Origin: Octopus vulgaris
Taxonomy: Eukaryota
DNA length: 64,000 nucleotides
NCBI GenBank assembly: GCA_951406725.2
Contig: OX597814.1
Location: 43,152,001 to 43,216,000, forward strand
Direction: 5' to 3'
Made by a program: the position numbers and the translations under genes. The notes beneath the pieces were generated by a model, which was not told where the DNA came from, searched no databases, and saw only the letters and a program-made list of their open reading frames with translations. Shown here piece by piece: positions 55,186-64,000 of this stretch (position 1 is the first letter of the stretch; each line of letters begins with the position of its first letter).

Positions 55186-55398
55186 GTTACTGTGGTTTGG
55201 GGGTATGGGTTGTGGGGATGTTGGGGTGAGCTGTGCGTTTGAAGCGAGAATATAGGGATGAGGATGTGAGTGGGGATGTGGGGTGGAAAAGAGGGTGTAG
55301 GGTAGGTATTATGGGAGTGGGAAGTTTGGTGTGGCGTGTGGAGGGTGGGTTTATCAATGGAGCGAGTAGGTGGGTAGGAGTGAAACAAAGAAGTAGAT

Positions 55399-55488
55399 GT
55401 CAGATGAAGAGAGAAGTATGGAGTCAGATGAAGAGAGAAGTGTGGAGTCAGATGAAGAGAGAAGTGTGGAGTCAGATGAAGAGAGAAG
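55399..55488. repeat. 24-bp minisatellite, ~3.7 copies
   Basis: gtcagatgaagagagaagtgtgga repeated. Confidence 0.9.
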
Positions 55489-56926
55489 AGGTGTTGACCC
55501 CATGTGGCACTAAGGAGCGAAGAAAGATTAATCCTGTTCACGGCGAATCCCGTAGGCCATATGGCCCCTGGGCAAAGACAATCCGAACACAGACATGTTT
55601 TGCAATGAATGGCCGATAGAGCTGAAATGGCGCGAGACCGGATTGTCATTGCTGAATCTAATGTCTTGGAGGTGCTACGAGAACCAGTCAGCCGAGCAGA
55701 GTCCCGTTTGATCAATGTACTGAAAAGGACAGACGGAGCAGGGGAAGCAATAAATGACGTGGCTAGAGGTACAGGCAAAGGAGTCAGTGATGTGATAGGG
55801 ACGATGATGGGTGCCAGTGTGGAAGACAGTGATGGAGAGGTAGAGGCATGTGCGGCAGCGTGGGCGGGAGCAAGGGAACGAGACACGTTGGGAGTTGAGA
55901 TTAAGGAAGAAACTGTGGACCAGGAAGTCACGTAGGTTGTGGGCTCGTTTGATGGAGGGAAGGAGTAGGTTGAGGAATGTGTGCTACTGGAGTCGCTGGA
56001 AGGCTCGGGGAATGTTGCGCAGGGTGGAGGGATGGTAGGTGAGGGGAAGCAGGAGACGAGCAACGGCGAGGCGGTACGGGGAGAGAGAGAGAGACAGCAG
56101 AGGAATGGTCCATGGAACGTGCTCTGGCAAGGGCTCTGTAGATAGTGATGAGGGGATATCCACGAAGGATGAAGTGGTGAACTATGAGTTGAGACTGAGT
56201 CCCGAAGTCATGGTTGTCACTACAGAGCCTGCGCAGACGCATGAATTGGGAGAAGGGGATGGAAAGATTCGTGTGGGTGGGGTGGGAGGAAGAGAATTTG
56301 AGGTTTGAGTGTGAGTCTGTGTGTTTGTAATGGATCATAGTAGCAAGAGCGGAGTCGTAATTGTTTACTGAAATCTCGAGAAAGGCAACGGAAGTGTTGG
56401 AAATAGTGCAGGAGTATTCGCGGGCAGAATGGAAGGATTGGATAAAAGAGCGGGAGTCTACATTTGTGTGTGAGTGTGTGTGTGTGTGTATGTGTGTGTG
56501 TGTGTGTGCGTGCGATTATTCATATGTAACTTTCTTGTCTACGTCAAAATCTATATTATGCTGCTGATCCGTGATTGTACTGCATTGGAACAGAATCAAC
56601 AAAATATTTTACACAGATTTAACTGTATGTATTTGTGCGGGAACAGTCTAATATTTTCGATGAAGCATAACACACACACACACGCACACACACACACACA
56701 CGCACACGCACACACACACACACACGCACACGCACACACAAAATGCTACACTAACACATGATCACACACACATGTCTGTGTTTGTGTATGAAGACCAAAC
56801 GCCAAACTGTCTAAATCTTGCATTAGATAGAAGAACGTACAAAATCGAGTTCAGAGATATTTACGAAATGTGTAGCCGTTAAGATCTATGTAAGTATTAC
56901 AATATAAGTTATAATATGTCTTTCAC

Positions 56927-57112
56927 TGGCGGTGAGCTAGCAGAAACGTTAGCACGCCGGGCGAATTGCTTAGCATTATTTCGTCTGTTTTTACGTTCTG
57001 AATTCAGATTCCACCGAGGTCAACTTTGTCTTTCATCCTTTGGTTGTCGATGGATTAAGTACCAGTTATGTACTGGGGGTCGATCCAATGGACTAACACC
57101 CCCCCCCCCAAA
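56927..57112 (+). mobile_element. SINE with ctttcatcctt...gtcgat...taagtacc central domain
   Basis: Homologous to 9336-9430; B-box-like gaattcagattcc. Confidence 0.75.
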
Positions 57113-57413
57113 TAATACAAAACAAAAGGTATTCTATTATAAAAATAGAATTTGTAAAAATGTCAATTAGATTTTGTTCGATTATTATATTGCACTGTGT
57201 AGAAACTTAAATCACCAACACACATATGTATTACAGAAGGGAATCTCATTTTTAAAATATTTATTCACATTTGTTCAACAGGTTTTACAAAACCTTGATT
57301 TTCACAGTAAATTTGAGACAGAAGGTCCTCGATTTACGCAGCATTTGTTCGTATACTATTTGGAACTTCATAATGAGAACCCGGCGTAATAAAGGACCAA
57401 ATTCTCCCCTACA

Positions 57414-57495
<82 letters not shown>

Positions 57496-57719
57496 ATGTA
57501 TATGTAAAAAATACAAACTGGGACAAGAACGCAAAACATTTCGGAAACGATACAAAAAACACGGATGAGACATTCGAAGCCTTCAATCTTCAGTCAAGAA
57601 CCGGATCATCCTCGCAATTTCGGCTGATTAATCTTGAGATCGCTCCGATCCGGCCAGCCCCAAGGAAAAACTAAGCTACGAGCATTAGATTTCTTGGAAA
57701 AAGGATCGAATATATACGG

Positions 57720-57772
<53 letters not shown>

Positions 57773-58289
57773 TACTAATATAGGATGAAGTTACTTTACA
57801 GAAAAAAATTCATCAAGAAATGTGGCAGCATATCAAAATACCTTTAAGGTTAAAATTATAAACAAGGGCTAAAGAAAATTATTTCTATGCCAATATGCTG
57901 ATAACAGACTTTTAAATCGTCAATTTCCATATATTATTTACTCGGTACAGAAAATACGTAGAGCTGAAACCGAGGAAAGCTAGCCAACAGGAGTGCAAAG
58001 ATGCTTGCAACCCTCAAAATAATATAATGATTGCAAAGATTATTTGTCAAGGTATAAAACTTTTACAGAGAATAATTTTTTTAAACGTGTTTTATCAAAG
58101 GAAACAACAAAGCTTATCTCCAATTAGGATGCGCAATCATGTATATCTGAAATAATAAAGTCACCACCTACCGAAGACGAAATATATCATTTTTTTCCCA
58201 ATTCTTCATTTCTGGGAATACTAAGACCTTCGACATTTTTGTTGAGACATCAAGAAATAGCTGAGGATGTAAGCGAAGTCCAGCACATA

Positions 58290-58334
<45 letters not shown>

Positions 58335-58336
<2 letters not shown>

Positions 58337-58660
58337 TGAGACACCCTTCGGCCATGACTGACCGTGGGATTACACCTAGAAAGTTACCCTCCCAGGCACA
58401 AGTCTGGGCAAGGTTGTTTATAGAAGACCAGCATTCACCCATGCATACCACCCTCCCCTCTCCATGCCACCAGTGTTATTCAAGGGAAAGGCAAAGGCCG
58501 ATACAGCTTGCCACTTGTGACGTCGGAACTCAACTCTACAGCTGAGTGAACTAGAGCAATGGGAAATAAAATTTCTTGCTCAAGAGCACAACACGCAGTC
58601 CGTGATTCGAACTAACAACCTCACGATCGTAAGCTCGACGCTCTAACCACTGAGCCAGCA
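58335..58660 (-). mobile_element. tRNA-derived SINE
   Basis: TGGCTCAGTGGTTAGAGCG...GTTCGAATC head on the minus strand; same family as 9010-9333. Confidence 0.85.
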
Positions 58661-58758
58661 AAATGTGCCATGGAGTGGGACTGAACCCAGAACCATGTGG
58701 TTGGGGACCAAGCTTATATATCTATGTATATGTATCTGTATCTATACATATAGGGAGC

Positions 58759-58789
<31 letters not shown>

Positions 58790-59637
58790 AGAGAGAAAGG
58801 GAGAAAGAAAGAAGCAGAGATCAAACAAAGTGACAAGCAGAGATCAAGAGAAGCAAAATAACTTCTCGACTCATTTAAACTATCTATTCTGTATTAAAAT
58901 TTTCTATCACATTCTGGAATGAACCAATATTCTGATTTTCCTGAGAGTACAAGACGCGAGCATATGTTTTCATCGAGAAAACTTGATTTTCTTTGATTGT
59001 CTCAATGTTATTTGGTTTTAAAATAGTCTAATTGTTTCGAAATCTTATTAGTATATGGTCTTCCGAATACATGTACATAGCTTTACGAGTGTCGGTGAGC
59101 CAATAAAGATGAACACCTGTAGCAACTTACTATAGTCTTTGAACGTGTATAGCTGCCATTGTCTTCAAAATTGTATCAATAGAATACAATCATTTGATGT
59201 CTTATATACACATTCTATTCTCATGTTTCTATTTATCTTTGTCAGAAATAAAATGTTTTGTTTTCCTTATTAACATCGTCTCATCTTATCATATCACAAG
59301 CGACAAAAACTCTGTATAACGCACATACATAACACTTACTGTACAATTAAATCAGAAGCATAAACTCTGTGTGTGTGCGTATATACACATACACGCGCGC
59401 ACACACACACACACACAAATACACACACATATATATATATATCTTCATGTTTGTTTATTTTAGATTCATCTGGGTGGATTACTCTATACGTCTGTAGGCT
59501 ACAAATTTATCATTCGTTAGCTAGAATATTGTTGAAAGTGACTTCAAAGTTTCAGATCGCTAAAGCGACAATGTCTTAGCTAGCCAAAAATTCGAAGTTG
59601 CTATCAACAACATTCTTATTTGAAAATATGTGTGTGC

Positions 59638-59714
<77 letters not shown>

Positions 59715-62149
59715 TACATATATACGTACATACATCAATATTTATTTGAAGGCTTAGTTTCATACTAAGAAGGTGCATTCATTTAAATAAGAATCAATTT
59801 CATATCCTTTCTGTCATTAAGCCTTTATTGTTAAGTTTGAATTACATCAAATGTTCCGGATTACTTTATTCGTTTCATGAAATTCTATACATCAAAACGT
59901 ATGGCCCCCTGTGGCGAATGCATGTGAATATCTATCTCTTTAATATATATGTGTGTGCATGCATTATATATGCATATATGTGGATATAAAAGGTCAATGT
60001 ATGAACTTATTACATATGGATATATGATAATCATGAGTATTTATTTACGTGCATAGATGCTTATATACTTATATGCATGTCTGCATGCATACATATATGT
60101 ATGTATGTATATGATACAGTATCTACTACTAATATAGCACACTTTAATATTTGTTCAAGTTTGATAGAAATGACACAATATGAAATATATCTGCAATTTA
60201 ATTACATAATTGCAACGTGGCTTATTAATATTTGCGACATGGTATACACGATCTAATGTTGGGAAATAATTTTGCTACCAGGTTATTGTCATGGAATTGT
60301 TTGTTGTTGAATATGTCATTTTATTCTGAAAACTTGATTTCCTTGCTTTTCCCAGATATCAGCTCTTCTAAAATTATTCCTGAAACCGCAACACACATTA
60401 ACACTGAAGCGAATGTTTTGCAAAAATATTCTTTTCAAACTGAGTTAAAACTTGCGTCTATTGTACACTGAACTTATTCAATAATGAATAATTTTTGCTT
60501 GATATTATTACATGGACGAATTCACAAATACTTAATAAACAAAACCTGCGCTACATAAAATACTCGAGACATTCTTAAGTATTTTTCGACCATCATTTTA
60601 GGTTCAAGTGTGTGGAAATACACAGAAACTAGAATATGATAGCTACATTTTTAATGGAAGTTTTTAAGTGTAAAAATGTATCCTTTAGAAATTGAATGAC
60701 ATTTTAAATATTTATATTATTTAGAATGACTCGTCTTTCAAGTTACATGTACAATGCATAGTTCGGTTTATTTATATAGAAATAAATTATGATTATTTTA
60801 AATTGATGCGATATGCTATATCAAACATGTACTCCTCCACATCAAATTATTTGAAACCATCATTTCAAAACATTCTACATTATGCCAAGACTTGCCGTGA
60901 ATTTAACATCTCATTAAAATATTGTTGACAGTCGTGTGTAACATATATAGTATTTAAATTAATATCATCTATTCATTGCTATTAAACTATCATATAAACA
61001 ATAGCCAACTTGTCTCTGATGTCACTTAGAATTTTAAGTTGAGCTCTTCAGATTTTAGTTATAACAGAAACGTACTGATATTAATTCTTTCAATGTCGAG
61101 TTTTAGAGAAATATAGTTGAATAAATCAATTTTCTATTCAAGATAAGTTTGAATGCAAGTTCCATATCGAACATATTACAGTGCTTTACCCCCTTATTTC
61201 CACAGATTCTTCCGAAATTCCTTTGATAGAAAATCAATGCAGGTTTTGTCGTCTACACGAAAAACAATGGTCAGGAGGATATTCCCGTTTCATTTTAACA
61301 CTAACGGCAACGTTTTATAGTTCCAATATATCTTTTAACAGGTAGAAAGGAAATGCTCGCAACTCTCTTTAATATTTCTAAATAATAAATCACAATGCGT
61401 TCTGAAGAAGGGAATATTGAGAGAAAATTAAGTAACGGAGTTAGATTCGCATAAAATCATTAATATAAGCTGGTAGAAAATCACGTGTAATATTCGCTTT
61501 CTGTCACTATCTGGTTCTCTCTTTCACTGTGTATCTATTCCTTCCCACATTTAAGTGTGTTTATGTATGTAATGTAATGTATATTATATATGTAATGTAA
61601 TGTATGTAGGTATATATGAATGTATGTAAATATGTATGTATGTATGTATGTATGTATGTGTATATGTATGTATGTCAGATGTACATATGCATAAACAAAG
61701 AGGAAAATTAGTTTAAATGTGAGAGAAAAGGGATATAAGTTTGGAAGAAATACTTAAAAAAGGAGGATCCGTTTAATAATTCAAAAGCTCGCATATAATT
61801 CCCCCAACTCCAGAGATTGTCATTCCTAAATAACTTGAAGTGAATCTAAAAGGTCAATGATTTGAAATTCTATAGAATCATCTCTGAACATCCACCAACA
61901 TCGATTATCAAATTAAACATAGTTTGAAATGTTCAAGAAATATGATTTGGTGCTTTCGATTATGGTCATTTCAGAAGCATGACCTCAGGACCAATACGAA
62001 TTTAAACTTGCACAAGGCTAGTATAATCTCTGCACTCCTGTTCAGGAGAGGATTATCAGTCATGACACGTCAAAATTTAAGCTAATTGGAGAACTTCCAA
62101 CAGTATGCTTTCGTTGCACTCTAAAGTCAAATAGAAGGAATAAATATTC

Positions 62150-62360
62150 AATTTTATTGTTAGTGTAACGGGAAAAAGCACTATTACTGGAGCAAATATC
62201 TTTTGTAGAGAACATGTTGCTGTTAGAATAAATTCAATATCTAAGCAAATAATATATGGAGAGCTGAGTAAGAAAGAATGAATGGAACTTCTGCAGGGTA
62301 TCGAGAAGCAACTTCAAAAATGTGTATCAGTAGCATCAGATAGGGGGATATTTGTCCTGT
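62150..62360 (+). mobile_element. Highly decayed RTE-like LINE 3' remnant
   Basis: RINSISKQIIYGELSK resembles the RxPKQILYGEL motif of RTE ORF C-termini. Confidence 0.4.
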
Positions 62361-63439
62361 GACAGAACAATTTTGAGAGTGGCAGATATTCTTTATTATA
62401 GACCAGATTTATGATATAAGTTAGAACTTTTTATGTCCATCATGAGTACAACATACGAAGAATCGTTTGTGTTAACAACCTTTTCGAATATTCAAAATCA
62501 TTTTCAGTAACTTATTCTATGAGTATTTGAAATCTATTTCTCTTCAGTATACGGAATATATATTTAGAGGTGATTAATACTGTGTCCATTTATTTTCCAT
62601 TATTTATCATTTATTTAATATTTGTGTATTTTTGCGCGTATAAATATTTGAAAGTATTTATTTTTATATATGGCTAAACAAAATATATCATATTACTTAA
62701 ATATATTTACCCTTATATCTATTTAAATATACGGTTTATTAGGATATTTTCTTCTCTTTATACTTTAATGCTTACCCAATCCATATTATGTTATATATAT
62801 ACTTATACCTGTAAACATACTACCTTTCCTCTTTATACGCTTTATACCAAGATTTTTCTATATATAAGCCACTTCATGGTAAATCAGTTCAGAAAGATGA
62901 AATCCCGTCTGGAAATGACAGCTGGATTGTAAAAATTAATTCAAATTTCTGTGTTATGAGCGTGTGCGTAAAGTATTAAATCTTACATCAATTACTATAA
63001 AGAAACAAGTAAAAATATTTCAACGAACCATACAATCTAATAAGTTCAGTCCACAACCATCACAATTCACTTCATTATATCTTAAACACTTACCAATTGA
63101 AACTCTTTTATGTCCAGTATATTATCTTGTCATCACAACATAGAATAATACTATATGTGTGTATATAAATGCATATAATATTCTAATTCTTCTCCTACTT
63201 GTAAATACAACAAAAATATATAAACAATTACATCTTCAATACAACAACTCTTTTGTGTATTTAAAATAGTTGGTATAAACATTATGTTTAAATTAACTAA
63301 TAATAATCTTCTATGTTTATTAATTATTTTCTCGTATGATAATTACGTAGTAGATATGAATAGAAACCTAATGAAAATTTCTCTCTACTTAATCTTTCGC
63401 AGAGAGAATTCCGTAATTATTATATTTTAGACTACAACA

Positions 63440-64000
63440 ATGGAAATCAAAATTACTAATTTTTCAGAGGTGACCAGAATTGAATTGACTTAAAAAAATT
63501 ATTATAATACGCACACTATAGAAGGAAGAATCTAGTGAATCGACAGAAAACATCGATACAAACCAAACAAGCGCTTTTTTTAAAGCAAATTGTAAAAACA
63601 TGATGAGAAATGGATTATCTACCGATATGTTCACAGAAAGCGATGTTGGAGTAAGCGACATGAGCCACCCTTAGCCACCTCAAAAGCGGGTCTTCACACT
63701 AAGAAGGTCTTGCTTTGTGTCTGGTGAGATTGGAAAGGAATTCTGTACTATGAGCTTCTCCCAAGTGACCAGTCAATTAATTATGAGAAATACTGCACAC
63801 AACTGGATGAGTTAAAAGCAGCAATTCAAGAGAAACGTCCAGAATTGGCCAATAGGATTGGTGTTGTTTTCCAACGTGATAATGCAAGAACGCACATTTC
63901 TTTGGGAACCAGACAAAAATTGCAGCAGCTCTACTCAGCTGTGTTAGCCTACCCTCCATATTCACCAGATATTGCTCCTTCAGATTTCCACTTTTTCAGA
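63440..64000 (+). mobile_element. mariner (Tc1/mariner) transposase pseudogene, runs off the window
   Basis: FLKQIV..DEKWIIY...KAGLHTKKVLLCVW*DWKGI..YYELLP...QRDNARTH...YPPYSPDIAPSDFHFFR; stop and frameshift. Confidence 0.92.

Larger units (their letters stand above)
54095..56345 (-). mobile_element. Penelope-like element (Neptune/Poseidon-type): thumb, GIY-YIG and 3' terminal repeat
   Basis: HYKHTDSHSNLKFSSSHPTHTNLSIPFSQFMRLRRLCS...RGYP; VIYCFPCSVC..YIDQTG...HLQDI...PVSRHF...GHS; 3' region carries the family B hammerhead motif; interrupted by a LINE. Confidence 0.85.

Noticed and set aside
55399-55488. 24-bp repeats as a CRISPR-like array
   Set aside because: Head-to-tail with no spacers, in a eukaryotic context.
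55047-56063. 338-aa Ser/Pro/Thr-rich ORF as a host mucin-like gene
   Set aside because: Alternative frame of the PLE linker/GIY-YIG region plus a minisatellite.

Overview
AT-rich eukaryotic, repeat-saturated intergenic or intronic DNA. The microsatellite density and SINE families resemble coleoid cephalopod (Octopus-like) genomes; this is recognition from memory, not a search. I found no confident host protein-coding gene, and almost all listed ORFs are microsatellite artefacts. Recognisable content: decayed retroelements (several Penelope-like element [PLE] fragments including a Naiad-like RT, CR1/L2-group LINE 3' ends, a Tx1/L1 LINE, R4/Dong-like and RTE-like ends), many tRNA-derived SINEs, a mariner transposase remnant, a hAT-type MITE, a possible solo LTR, and a ~1.1-kb duplication across a 100-N gap (probably an assembly artefact). 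The main hidden signal is at least 14 type-I hammerhead-ribozyme-like motifs from about 8 unrelated short repeat families, most with palindromic stem III. They include apparent core variants (G3-C8, U6, extra purine after A9). Two families occur as tandem or circularly permuted ~484-nt and ~361-nt units resembling retrozymes or PLE terminal repeats. Most sit in (TA)n tracts and several form fold-back inversions. All ribozyme calls are by manual base-pairing and are untested.
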